A stretch of 64,000 bases of DNA from Tagaea sp. (GTDB lineage Bacteria > Pseudomonadota > Alphaproteobacteria > CACIAM-22H2). The stretch lies in NCBI GenBank assembly GCA_965229215.1, contig OZ245864.1:58640-122639 (forward strand), in the 5' to 3' direction. The position numbers were made by a program, and so were the translations under genes. Below the pieces are notes generated by a model. It did not search any database, was not told the origin of the DNA, and saw nothing but the letters and a program-made list of their open reading frames with translations. Below, piece by piece: positions 1 through 8,993 of this stretch; position 1 is the first letter of the stretch; each line of letters opens with the position of its first letter.

Positions 1-360
1 CTGAAGGTCGAGCACGTCATCGTCGTGGGCCACTATGGCTGCGGCGGCGTGAAGGCGGCGGTCGACGGGCAGCGTCGGGGGTTGGTCGATCACTGGCTCC
101 ACCCGATCCGGGAAGTCCAGCATGCGCATCGCCACGAACTCGACGCGATTCCGGACGAAGGCAAGCGGAATGACCGGCTGTGCGAACTCAACGTGATCCG
201 GCAGGTACGCAACGTCGCATCCGACGTCTTTGTTCAGGATGCGTGGGCACGCGGCCAGTCGCTCGCCGTGCATGGCTGGGTCTATTCGCTGGCCAATGGC
301 CTCGTGACGGATCTCAACGTGACGGTCAGCCGGCCTTCGGAGTTCGACCGGCTGGGCTGA
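1..360 (+). CDS. can: beta-class carbonic anhydrase, 5' end cut by window edge
   Basis: Frame 1 from nt 1 reads LKVEHVIVVGHYGCGGV... The HYGCGG motif and the ...LCELNV..QV.N....VQ.AW.RGQ...HGW.Y...G...DL tail match Can/CynT-type beta-CA as I recall it. Track ORF 25..360 is the in-frame tail. Confidence 0.85.
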   Translation: MKVEHVIVVGHYGCGGVKAAVDGQRRGLVDHWLHPIREVQHAHRHELDAIPDEGKRNDRLCELNVIRQVRNVASDVFVQDAWARGQSLAVHGWVYSLANGLVTDLNVTVSRPSEFDRLG

Positions 361-1261
361 GTGCGGCTTTACCGACCACGCCGCCCATTTCCCCGCGCAG
401 AAGCTCGATGAAGCTGCGCTCGAACGCAGAAGCCGACCGCCCGGTCCGCATCGCGACATAGGTCTGGAACGCCGTCGGCTCCTCGATGCGCAGCACCTTC
501 ACACCCGGCGCGCCGCCGTGCGCGATCGTGAAAGGATCGATGACGGCGATGCCGAGGCCCGCCTTCACGAGCGCGCAGACGGTGGTCCCGAAGCGCGCCT
601 TGATCGATATCTCATAGCCCAGGCGCTGGCGCCGGAATACCTCTGCCATGATCGCCCCGTAGGGATCGGACGGATCGAGCCCGATCAGCGGATGACGCAC
701 GATCTCTGTGGCGGAAATCGATTTGCGACGTGCGAGCGCATGCTCGTCCGGTACGATGCAGAAGAGCTCACCGGTCGCGAGCGGCTCGAACTCGATGCTG
801 GGATGGTCGAAGCGCGAGCTGACGGCGACGGCATCGCCCTTGTCGAGCAGCAGATAATCGATCGCTTCTTCGATCTTGAGGATGCTGACATCGACGAGCA
901 GGCTTGCATATCGGCGACGGACCAGCTGGATCGCGCGCGGCACCATGACGTTGCCGATGCTCGGCACCGAGCCGATCCGCAGCCACTGCGACCGGCCACG
1001 CTGGACGTTCGCGATGGTGTACTGGAGATCCTCGACCTTCTTGAAGGTCGCGTTGATCTGCTCGAAGACCGCGTTCGCGACCGGCGCAGGCGTATAGCGG
1101 CCGCCGCGGCGGTCGAAGAGCCGCAGCCCGATGGCCTGCTCGGTATACTTCATCAGGCGGCTGATGCCGGGAGCCGACACGTTGAGCAGGCGCGCGGCCC
1201 CGGCGATGGTTCCGGTGACCATGATGGCGCGGATGACCTCGATCTGGCGCAATGTCAGCAC
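326..1261 (-). CDS. LysR-family transcriptional regulator
   Basis: 311 aa. N-terminal HTH MLTLRQIEVIRAIMVTGTIAGAARLLNVSAPGISRLMKYTEQAIGLRLFDR is typical of LysR. Divergent from 1388..3268. The 3' end overlaps can convergently by 35 nt. Confidence 0.85.
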   Translation of the reverse strand: MLTLRQIEVIRAIMVTGTIAGAARLLNVSAPGISRLMKYTEQAIGLRLFDRRGGRYTPAPVANAVFEQINATFKKVEDLQYTIANVQRGRSQWLRIGSVPSIGNVMVPRAIQLVRRRYASLLVDVSILKIEEAIDYLLLDKGDAVAVSSRFDHPSIEFEPLATGELFCIVPDEHALARRKSISATEIVRHPLIGLDPSDPYGAIMAEVFRRQRLGYEISIKARFGTTVCALVKAGLGIAVIDPFTIAHGGAPGVKVLRIEEPTAFQTYVAMRTGRSASAFERSFIELLRGEMGGVVGKAALSPAGRTPKAG

Positions 1262-1290
1262 GGTGGGGGCTCCTATTCGGAATCAATAAT

Positions 1291-1303
1291 TAACATTATG
1301 TTA
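1291..1303. promoter_or_regulatory. T-N11-A dyad (TAACAT-T-ATGTTA), candidate LysR-type binding box
   Basis: Perfect 6-1-6 palindrome with T-N11-A geometry. It sits in the AT-rich 126-nt divergent region between the LysR gene and the dehydratase gene. Confidence 0.45.
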
Positions 1304-1387
1304 TGTGAACGGCAATTTTTGGTATTTGACGTTAGTTTTTAATCGGCGCGATGATCCTGCTGTCCCGCATGCCAAGCCGGAGGTTCG

Positions 1388-3268
1388 ATGCAGACCGCAA
1401 TCGCCACCGTGTGCCTCAGCGGCACGCTCGACGAAAAACTGACGGCGATCGCGGGCGCGCGCTTCCGCGGCGTGGAGATTTTCGAAAACGATCTTCTGTC
1501 GTTCAACGGCTCGCTGCGGGACGTGCGGGCCATGATTTCGGATCTCGATCTCCAGGCCGTAACATTCCAGCCTTTCCGCGACTTCGAAGGCATGCCCGAG
1601 CCCAAGCGCGAGCGGGTTTTCGCGCGGGCGGAACGCAAGTTCGACGTGATGCAGGAGCTGGGCTGCGATCTGCTGATGGTCTGCAGCAACGTGTCGCCGG
1701 ACGCGCTGGGCGGCATCGACCGGGCGGCCGCCGATTTCCACGAACTCGGCGAGCGGGCCGCTAGGCGCGGCATGCGGGTCGCGTTCGAGGCACTCGCCTG
1801 GGGCAAGCACATCAACGACTATCGCGACTCCTGGGAGGTCGTGCGCCGGGCCGCACATCCCAATGTCGGCCTGGTGCTCGACAGCTTCCACGTGCTGGCG
1901 CGCGGTACCGATCTGTCGACGATCCGTTCGGTGCCTAAAGACCGCATTTTCCTCGTGCAGATGGCCGACGCGCCCAAGCTCGAGATGGACTATCTGTCGT
2001 GGAGCCGCCACTATCGCTGCTTCCCCGGGCAGGGAGATCTGCCGGTCGATGCGTTCATGGATGCGCTGCATTCGACGGGGTTCGACGGGCTTTTGTCGCT
2101 CGAGATATTCAACGACCGCTTCCGTGCCGGCTCGGCGCGCAGCGTGGCTATCGACGGGCAGCGCGCGCTCATCCAGATGCTCGACCAGCTGCGCCAGCGT
2201 AGTGGCGTGGCAATCCCCGGCCTGCCGGTCCTGCCGCCGCGGGCGTCGTGCAAGGGCGTGGAGTTCGTGGAATTCGCGGTCGACGAGAATTCCGCGCCGG
2301 TGTTTGAAGGCCTGCTCAAGGGCCTCGGGTTCGCCAAGGCCGGCAAGCACAAGTCGAAGGCCGTCACGCGCTGGCGGCAGGGTGGTGCGAACGTCGTGGT
2401 CAACTGCGAGAGCGAGGGGTTTGCACATTCCTTTCAACTCGTGCACGGGCCGTCGGTCTGCGCGATGGCGCTGCGCGTGGACGATGCGCAGGCGACTGTC
2501 GAGCGCGCGCTCCAGCTTCTCGACAGCCCGTTCGAGCAGGCGGTCGGGCCGGGCGAGCTGAACATTCCCGCCGTGCGCGGCCTCGGCGGCAGCCTCGTCT
2601 ATTTCATCGACGAACGTGCAGGCCTGTCGCGCCTGTGGGATGTCGATTTCGATCCGGTCAGCACGGCCGATGCGCCGGAGGCGGGGATCGTCGCCTTCGA
2701 TCATATCTCGCAGTCGATGATGTACGAGGAAGTGCTGACCTGGCTGCTCTTCTACACGTCGCTCTTCGAGGCTCGCCGCACGCCGACGCAGGCCGTGGTC
2801 GATCCCGGCGGAGTGGTGCAGAGCCAGGCTATCGAATCGCCCGGCGGCGAGCTTCGGCTGGTGCTGAATTCTTCGCAGAGCCGCCAGACGCAGTCGGCGC
2901 GGTTCCTGACCGACAAGTTCGGATCGGGCGTCCAGCATATCGCGCTCGTCAGCAGCGATATCTTCGCAAGCGCGGCGCGGCTGCGCGCCAACGGCGTGCC
3001 GATCCTGAAGATTCCGGAAAACTATTACGACGACCTCGAGGCGCGGACCGACCTCAGCGACGGCGACATCGCGCGGCTGCGGGCGAACGACATCCTTTAC
3101 GACCGCGACGGGATGGCGGAATTCTTCCAGTTCTACACGACGGCGCTGGAAGGCGGTTTTTTCTTCGAGATCGTCGAACGGCGCGCCTATGCGGGCTACG
3201 GCGCGCCGAACGCGTCGATCCGCCTCGCGGCGCAAGCTCGTACGTTCGTCTCCCCCGAGTTCGACTGA
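1388..3268 (+). CDS. quiC: 3-dehydroshikimate dehydratase, QuiC1/QsuB-type fusion (xylose-isomerase-like TIM barrel plus HPPD/glyoxalase-like C-terminal domain)
   Basis: 626 aa. The N-terminus MQTAIATVCLSGTLDEKL..FRGVEIFENDL looks like an AP-endonuclease-2/TIM barrel. The C-terminal half (GVEFVEFAV...GVQHIAL...FFFEIVER) is 4-HPPD-like. GGAGG lies 5 nt upstream of the ATG. Confidence 0.65.
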   Translation: MQTAIATVCLSGTLDEKLTAIAGARFRGVEIFENDLLSFNGSLRDVRAMISDLDLQAVTFQPFRDFEGMPEPKRERVFARAERKFDVMQELGCDLLMVCSNVSPDALGGIDRAAADFHELGERAARRGMRVAFEALAWGKHINDYRDSWEVVRRAAHPNVGLVLDSFHVLARGTDLSTIRSVPKDRIFLVQMADAPKLEMDYLSWSRHYRCFPGQGDLPVDAFMDALHSTGFDGLLSLEIFNDRFRAGSARSVAIDGQRALIQMLDQLRQRSGVAIPGLPVLPPRASCKGVEFVEFAVDENSAPVFEGLLKGLGFAKAGKHKSKAVTRWRQGGANVVVNCESEGFAHSFQLVHGPSVCAMALRVDDAQATVERALQLLDSPFEQAVGPGELNIPAVRGLGGSLVYFIDERAGLSRLWDVDFDPVSTADAPEAGIVAFDHISQSMMYEEVLTWLLFYTSLFEARRTPTQAVVDPGGVVQSQAIESPGGELRLVLNSSQSRQTQSARFLTDKFGSGVQHIALVSSDIFASAARLRANGVPILKIPENYYDDLEARTDLSDGDIARLRANDILYDRDGMAEFFQFYTTALEGGFFFEIVERRAYAGYGAPNASIRLAAQARTFVSPEFD

Positions 3269-3275
3269 TCCTTCG

Positions 3276-4523
3276 TCAGGCGGCCTGCGCGCGAGATGGC
3301 TGGCGGGGCAGCAGCGCGGTCAGCAGGCCGAGGATCGGCAGGTACGAACACAGTTCGTAGACCGTCTCGATGCTCGTGACGTCGGCGATGTGCCCGATCG
3401 CGGCGGCACCCAGCCCGCCCAGTCCGAACGAGAAGCCGAAGAACAGTCCTGCGACCATGCCGACGCGGCCCGGCATCAGCTCCTGCGCATAGACCAGGAT
3501 CGCCGAGAAGGCCGACGACATCAGCAGGCCGATGACGAGCGAAAGGACGACCGTCGACGTAAGACCGGCATAGGGCATCGCGAGCGTGAAAGGCAGAGGG
3601 CCAAGGATCGACACCCAGATGATCGGGATGCGGCCGACGCGGTCGCCGAGCCAGCCGCCGGCGAGCGTGCCGAGCGCAAGCGACGTCAGGAACGCGAACA
3701 GCGCGATCTGCGCGAACTGCACCGACACTTCGAAGCGGTGGATCAGGTAGAACGTGTAATAGGACGTCAGGCTCGCCGTATAGAACGTCTTCGAAAAAAT
3801 CAGCGCCACGAGGATGGCGACGGCGGCGATAACCTGCTTGCGCGGTAGCGGCAGGGTGGCTGTCGACCTGCGCGCGCGGGGGCCTGCACTCTGCCCGGTC
3901 CGGCGTTTCTCGGCATACCAGCGGCCGACGGCGAACAGGATCGACATCGCGACGAAGGCCGCGGCCGAGAACCACACGATGCTGCGCTGGCCATGCGGCA
4001 CGATGATGAAGGCCGCCAGCAGCGGTCCGATCGCAGAGCCGGTGTTGCCGCCGACCTGGAACAGGGACTGCGCGAGCCCGTGTTGCCCACCGGAAGCTAG
4101 GCGCGCCACACGCGAAGCCTCCGGATGGAACACGGCCGATCCGATCCCGATCAGGGCCGCGGAGGCGAGGATCGACGGATAGGACGAGGCGAACGACATC
4201 ATCACAAGGCCGAACAGCGTGAAGCCCATCCCGGCGGCGAGCGAGTACGGCATCGGCCGCCGGTCGGTCGAGAATCCGACGACGGGCTGGAGCAGCGAGG
4301 CGGTGCACTGGAACGCGAGGGTGATCAGGCCGATCTGTGCATAGTCGAGGGCGTAGGATTCCTTCAGGATCGGATAGATGGCCGGCACCATCGACTGCAT
4401 CATGTCGTTCAGCAGATGACAGAAGCTGAGCGAGAAAATCACTGCAAAAGCCGAATCGTCGACGCGCGCCAGCGGCACGGCGGACACCTTCAACGCGGGG
4501 GCAGTCGCGGCGTCGTCAGGCAT
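3276..4523 (-). CDS. MFS transporter, Fsr (fosmidomycin-resistance-like) subfamily
   Basis: 415 aa and multi-TM. FCHLLNDMMQSMVPAIYPILKESYALDYAQIGLITLAFQCTASLLQPVVGFSTDRR resembles the Fsr-type N-terminus. AAGGAG RBS upstream. Confidence 0.7.
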   Translation of the reverse strand: MPDDAATAPALKVSAVPLARVDDSAFAVIFSLSFCHLLNDMMQSMVPAIYPILKESYALDYAQIGLITLAFQCTASLLQPVVGFSTDRRPMPYSLAAGMGFTLFGLVMMSFASSYPSILASAALIGIGSAVFHPEASRVARLASGGQHGLAQSLFQVGGNTGSAIGPLLAAFIIVPHGQRSIVWFSAAAFVAMSILFAVGRWYAEKRRTGQSAGPRARRSTATLPLPRKQVIAAVAILVALIFSKTFYTASLTSYYTFYLIHRFEVSVQFAQIALFAFLTSLALGTLAGGWLGDRVGRIPIIWVSILGPLPFTLAMPYAGLTSTVVLSLVIGLLMSSAFSAILVYAQELMPGRVGMVAGLFFGFSFGLGGLGAAAIGHIADVTSIETVYELCSYLPILGLLTALLPRQPSRAQAA

Positions 4524-4606
4524 CGGCAGGCTCCTTAGGGGGCGTCAGGATCAGGAAGATTAAGTGGCAATATCCCCGCGTGCACGCCTCCAGCCCCCGG
4601 TGTCGA

Positions 4607-4623
4607 CGCATATGACATATGCG
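4607..4623. promoter_or_regulatory. 17-bp perfect palindrome CGCATATG-A-CATATGCG, candidate operator
   Basis: Read directly. It lies in the 266-nt divergent region between the MFS gene (start 4523) and the acid phosphatase gene (start 4790). Confidence 0.35.
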
Positions 4624-4789
4624 CAAATGCGAGCGGCAAGACATGTTGCGGTGCACAATCGGGCGCCGATGTCGGGCTGTACCGTTGCCGACCTTCCGCG
4701 CGCCATCCCCCTGAAATTGATCACATGACGGTTTGATGACATGCTTTGTGCGCGCGCCCGCGCCAAGGATTTGAGATCGGGGAAAAGCC

Positions 4790-6157
4790 ATGTTCGGACT
4801 GCGACGTTCAATCAGGTTCGGGATTGCAATCGCTGCGCTAGGGATCGCCCTGCCGGTCACGGCGCAGACTCCGGCGAAGCCATCCGGCTTGCGTCAGGTC
4901 GAGAACATTGTCGTCCTCTATATGGAGAATCGCAGTTTCGACCACATGCTTGGCAACTTTCCCGGCGCCAACGGTCTGGCGAATGCGGGGAGCGCGGCGA
5001 TCCAGGTCGACGAGTCCGGCAATCCCTACGAGTTTCTCCCCGAGCCGCTCGACCTACGCACCCGGCCGTTCAAGCGCTACGAAGGGCTTCCCGAGCGGAT
5101 GGCGAACAAGCCCTTCCGGCTCGACGACTATTTCCAGCAGACCCAGGTTCTCGGCAGTCTGATTCACGCATTCCACACGCAGCAGGAGCAGATCGCCGGC
5201 GGACTGATGAACCGTTTTGCCGCTTATTCCGACGCCAAGGGCTATGCGATGGCGACGTGGGACGGCTCGAAGACCGCCATGTGGGAGTACGCTCGCCGCT
5301 ATACGCTGGCCGACAATTTCTTCCATGCGGCGTTCGGCGGATCATTTCTCAACCATTTCTGGCTCGTCTGCGCCTGCACGCCACTCTACCCCTCGCCGCC
5401 CGCCGACATCGTCGTGAAGCACGACGCGCAAGGCCGGCTCGTCTACGAAGGATTTGCGACCGCTGACGGCTATGCCGTCAACACGATGGAGCCGGTCGGT
5501 GGCCCGCACGACCCCAAGATCAAGAAGGAACTGCTGCTGCCGGTGCAGACATTGCCCACGATCGGCGAGCGGCTCAGCGCGAAGAAGATTCCCTGGGCAT
5601 GGTATTCCGGCGGCTGGCGCGAAGCGGAGGCCGGCCAGGAAAAGCCCGGCACGTTCAGTTATCATCATCAACCATTCGCTTTTTTCCAGCCTTACCAGAA
5701 GGGCCAGCCCGGGCGGGCGCGGCATCTGAAGGATCTAGCGGATTTCGAGACGGACATCGACGGGGGCAAGTTGCCGCCGGTCGCCTTCTACAAGCCGCGC
5801 CGCGGGATCAACCAGCATCCGAGCGCTTCGAACGTCCAGGAGAGCGACCGGCATCTGGCCGGTCTGCTCGCGCGTCTCGAGAAGAGTCCGCAATGGAAGA
5901 AAATGGTCGTCATCGTGACCTATGACGAGAATGGCGGATTCTGGGATCACGTATCGCCGCCCAGGCGCGACCGCTGGGGCCCCGGCGTGCGCGTGCCCGC
6001 CCTCGTAATATCGCCGTTTGCGAAGAAGGGGCATGTCGACCATACGTCCTACGACACCACGTCGATCCTCAAGCTCATCGAGAGCCGATTTGGTCTGGCG
6101 CCGCTGAACGCGGCAGATGGCGAAGCGAATGGAATGACGGGCGCGTTTGTCTTCTAG
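4790..6157 (+). CDS. AcpA-type acid phosphatase / phospholipase C family phosphoesterase, secreted
   Basis: 455 aa. Signal peptide ...ALGIALPVTAQT. IVVLYMENRSFDHMLGNFPG is the phosphoesterase-family hallmark. Confidence 0.75.
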   Translation: MFGLRRSIRFGIAIAALGIALPVTAQTPAKPSGLRQVENIVVLYMENRSFDHMLGNFPGANGLANAGSAAIQVDESGNPYEFLPEPLDLRTRPFKRYEGLPERMANKPFRLDDYFQQTQVLGSLIHAFHTQQEQIAGGLMNRFAAYSDAKGYAMATWDGSKTAMWEYARRYTLADNFFHAAFGGSFLNHFWLVCACTPLYPSPPADIVVKHDAQGRLVYEGFATADGYAVNTMEPVGGPHDPKIKKELLLPVQTLPTIGERLSAKKIPWAWYSGGWREAEAGQEKPGTFSYHHQPFAFFQPYQKGQPGRARHLKDLADFETDIDGGKLPPVAFYKPRRGINQHPSASNVQESDRHLAGLLARLEKSPQWKKMVVIVTYDENGGFWDHVSPPRRDRWGPGVRVPALVISPFAKKGHVDHTSYDTTSILKLIESRFGLAPLNAADGEANGMTGAFVF

Positions 6158-6179
6158 TCCGGCACCGGAACAGGTCGGG

Positions 6180-7259
6180 ATGGCGCGGCCGTCCTGGCTG
6201 CTGGCGCTTGCGATGACCGGCGATGCGCTGCTTTATGCGCTGCTGCCTTTGATGCCGGAGGTGTTCGGCGCCGATTTGGCGTGGGCTGGCGTGCTTTTGG
6301 CAGCAAACAGGATCGTGCGGATCTTCGCCTATACGCAGATCGCGCGGCTCACGGCTTGGCTTGGTGTGCGCCGCGCGGCGACGGCTGCTTCCATCGGCGC
6401 CGTCCTCGCGACCGCGGCATTCGCCTTCAATTCGGATCCCTACACCCAACTCGCCGCGCGGGTGATCTGGGGGTTGACCTTCGCGACGATCAATCTCGTG
6501 ACGTTTGCCTATGCCGCGAGCGTACCTTCGCAAACGGGCCGCCGGCTCGGCACCTGCCGCGCGACCATCGGCATCAGCGTCACGTTCACGCTGCTGGCGG
6601 GCTGCGCCGCCGTCGACTGGATCGGCGCACCTGCCTTGTTCGTGATCGCGACGCTGGTCACGCTCGCCTGCGTTCCTCTGGCGCTGTCGCTGAAGCCGGT
6701 CGAAATCCGCCCGCCGGCACACCGCTCGCTACTGGTGCCGCTGCCCGGCCGCATCGACATCTGGGGCGCTTCGCAGGGATTCGTCCTCGACGGCGTCTTC
6801 ATCGTGTCGATTTCGCTGCTTCTGAAGGAAAGCGTCTCCGCGCTGCCGCCGGCACTTGCGGTCGGGGTCGTCTTCTCGCTGCGCTGGATCATGGAGACCT
6901 TCTGCGCGCCTGTCGGCGGGCGCCTTGCCGACCGATATGGTGCCACAAGAGTCATGCTGGTTTTCGGCGGGGTAAGCGTCGTCGCACTGTTCTCGATCGG
7001 TTTCGGCTTCGTCATTTTCGGTGCGGTAGCGGCCATGATCATCCGAGGTCTTACCAATACCGTCGCGGGCGCCATGGTCGTGGAGCGGAATCCCGGCGAT
7101 CCGGTCGGCGCCCAATCCGTCTACTCGACCTATCGGGATGTCGGTGCGGCTTTCGGGCCGATCCTCACCGGCCTTTTCGTCGACGATATCGATCGGCTAC
7201 CGCTCTATCTGGCGCTTGGCCTCGTCCTGGGCGGCACCACGCTGATGCTCCGCCGCTGA
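6180..7259 (+). CDS. MFS-type membrane transporter
   Basis: Polytopic hydrophobic protein with a GGRLADRYG-like loop motif. The track ORF starts at a TTG at 6147. I prefer the in-frame ATG at 6180, but the start is uncertain. Confidence 0.55.
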   Translation: MARPSWLLALAMTGDALLYALLPLMPEVFGADLAWAGVLLAANRIVRIFAYTQIARLTAWLGVRRAATAASIGAVLATAAFAFNSDPYTQLAARVIWGLTFATINLVTFAYAASVPSQTGRRLGTCRATIGISVTFTLLAGCAAVDWIGAPALFVIATLVTLACVPLALSLKPVEIRPPAHRSLLVPLPGRIDIWGASQGFVLDGVFIVSISLLLKESVSALPPALAVGVVFSLRWIMETFCAPVGGRLADRYGATRVMLVFGGVSVVALFSIGFGFVIFGAVAAMIIRGLTNTVAGAMVVERNPGDPVGAQSVYSTYRDVGAAFGPILTGLFVDDIDRLPLYLALGLVLGGTTLMLRR

Positions 7260-7315
7260 TCGGCTGGCATCAATCTTGCTGAATATGTGCTTTCCGACCG
7301 GAAATGGGGAAAGCG

Positions 7316-8917
7316 ATGAAATTCAGGAATTTAGCTATCGCCGCCGCCGCGTTCGCGGCGTTCACCGCCGCGCAGGCGAACGCGCAGGGTACGCTGCGCA
7401 TCGGTATGACGGCCTCCGACATCCCGCTCACCACCGGTCAGACCGATCAGGGCGGCGAGGGCATGCGGTTCCTCGGCTATACGGTCTATGACGGACTGAT
7501 CAACTGGGACCTTTCGAAGTCGGACAAGGCTTCCGACCTCGTTCCGGGGCTCGCGACCGAATGGAAGGTCGACGCCGTCGACAAGACCAAGTGGACGTTC
7601 AAGATCCGTCCGGGCGCCAAGTTCCACGACGGCTCCGAGTTCGATGCCGCGGCCGCGGTCTGGAATTTCGAGAAGCTGCTCAACCAGCAGGCACCGCAGT
7701 TCGATCCGCGCCAGTCGGCGCAGGGGCGCAGCCGCATCCCGGCTGTCGCCAGCTACAGGGCGGTCGACAAGCTGACGCTCGAGATCGTCACCAAGACGCC
7801 CGACGCCACGCTGCCCTACCAACTCGCCTGGATCATGTTCTCGAGCCCGGCCCAGTTCGAGAAGGTCGGCAAGAACTGGGACAATTTCGCCAAGACGCCG
7901 TCGGGTACCGGCCCCTGGAAAGTCGTGAATTTCGTGCCGCGCGAGCGCATCGAGATGGTCCCGAACCCGGACTACTGGGACAAGCCGCGCGTGCCGAAGC
8001 TCGAGCGTCTAGTCCTCATTCCGCTGCCGGAGGCGAGTGCGCGCACCGCCGCCTTGCGTTCGGGCCAGGTCGACTGGATCGAGGCGCCGTCGCCCGATGC
8101 GGTGGCCTCGCTGAAGCAGGCCGGCATGCAGATCGTCACGAACGCCTATCCGCATAACTGGACCTGGCATCTGAGCCGCGCCGAAGGCAGCCCGTGGAAC
8201 GATATCCGCATCCGCAAGGCCGCCAATCTCGCGGTCGACCGGGAAGGCATGAAGGAACTCCTCGGCGGCATGGCCATCCCGGCGCAGGGTTTTTTTCCGC
8301 CCGGCCACCAGTGGTTCGGCAATCCGAAGTTCAAGCTCAAGCAGGATGTTGCCGAAGCCAAGAAGCTGATGGCGGAAGCCGGTTACGGCCCGGGCAAGGT
8401 GCTCGAGACCAAGATCCTGATCGCGCCCTCGGGTTCCGGCCAGATGCAGCCGCTGCCGATGAACGAGCTCGTGCAGCAGAATCTTGCCGACGTCGGCATC
8501 AAGATCACGTTCGAAGTCGTCGACTGGAACACGCTGATCAACATCTGGCGTGCGGGTGCCAAGCACGAGTCTTCGCGTGGTGCCACGGGTATGAACTACA
8601 CCTACTTCATTCAGGATCCGTTCACGGGCTTCATCCGCCACCTACAAAGCACACTGGCTCCGCCGGCGGGCACGAACTGGGGTTACTACGCCGACCCTGA
8701 GATGGACGCGCTGTTCGAGAAGGTCCGCAATACCTTCGATGCCGCGGAGCTGACGAAGGTGCTCCAGACCATCCACGAGAAGTATGTGGACGATGCGCTG
8801 TTCCTGATGGTCACGCACGACGTCAACCCGCGCGCGATGAGCCCGCGCGTGAAGGGCTTCGTCCAGGCGCAGAACTGGTTCCAGGACTTCTCGCCGATCT
8901 TCATGGCGCCGCGCTGA
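7316..8917 (+). CDS. ABC transporter substrate-binding protein, family 5 (peptide/nickel/opine type)
   Basis: MKFRNLAIAAAAFAAFTAAQANAQG signal peptide. About 530 aa of typical DppA/OppA-like sequence. Second in-frame ATG chosen (the first is at 7304). Confidence 0.85.
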   Translation: MKFRNLAIAAAAFAAFTAAQANAQGTLRIGMTASDIPLTTGQTDQGGEGMRFLGYTVYDGLINWDLSKSDKASDLVPGLATEWKVDAVDKTKWTFKIRPGAKFHDGSEFDAAAAVWNFEKLLNQQAPQFDPRQSAQGRSRIPAVASYRAVDKLTLEIVTKTPDATLPYQLAWIMFSSPAQFEKVGKNWDNFAKTPSGTGPWKVVNFVPRERIEMVPNPDYWDKPRVPKLERLVLIPLPEASARTAALRSGQVDWIEAPSPDAVASLKQAGMQIVTNAYPHNWTWHLSRAEGSPWNDIRIRKAANLAVDREGMKELLGGMAIPAQGFFPPGHQWFGNPKFKLKQDVAEAKKLMAEAGYGPGKVLETKILIAPSGSGQMQPLPMNELVQQNLADVGIKITFEVVDWNTLINIWRAGAKHESSRGATGMNYTYFIQDPFTGFIRHLQSTLAPPAGTNWGYYADPEMDALFEKVRNTFDAAELTKVLQTIHEKYVDDALFLMVTHDVNPRAMSPRVKGFVQAQNWFQDFSPIFMAPR

Positions 8918-8930
8918 ACCGGAACGGCCG

Positions 8931-8959
8931 CCCCCGCCGGCCCTTACGGCCGTCGGGGG
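8931..8959 (+). other. GC-rich intercistronic stem-loop between the SBP and first permease genes
   Basis: CCCCCG(8931-36) pairs with CGGGGG(8954-59). An inner CGGCC/GGCCG stem closes a 5-nt loop. Read directly. Confidence 0.45.
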
Positions 8960-8993
8960 TGTCGCTGCCGCACCCGGCCCGAAGAATGATCTG

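Noticed and set aside
1301-3235. 644-aa minus-strand ORF antisense to the dehydratase gene; similar long shadows at 42105..44516, 46019..47791, 48993..50699, 20511..21764, 21625..22986 and 34218..35966
   Set aside because: All are mirror or shifted frames of well-supported genes, with the typical high-GC shadow-ORF amino-acid bias.
4516-4860. 114-aa and 83-aa minus-strand ORFs filling the MFS/phosphatase intergenic region
   Set aside because: No SD. They overlap the starts of both flanking genes, and the products are Arg/Cys/His-rich with no recognisable fold. The region is better explained as a divergent promoter.
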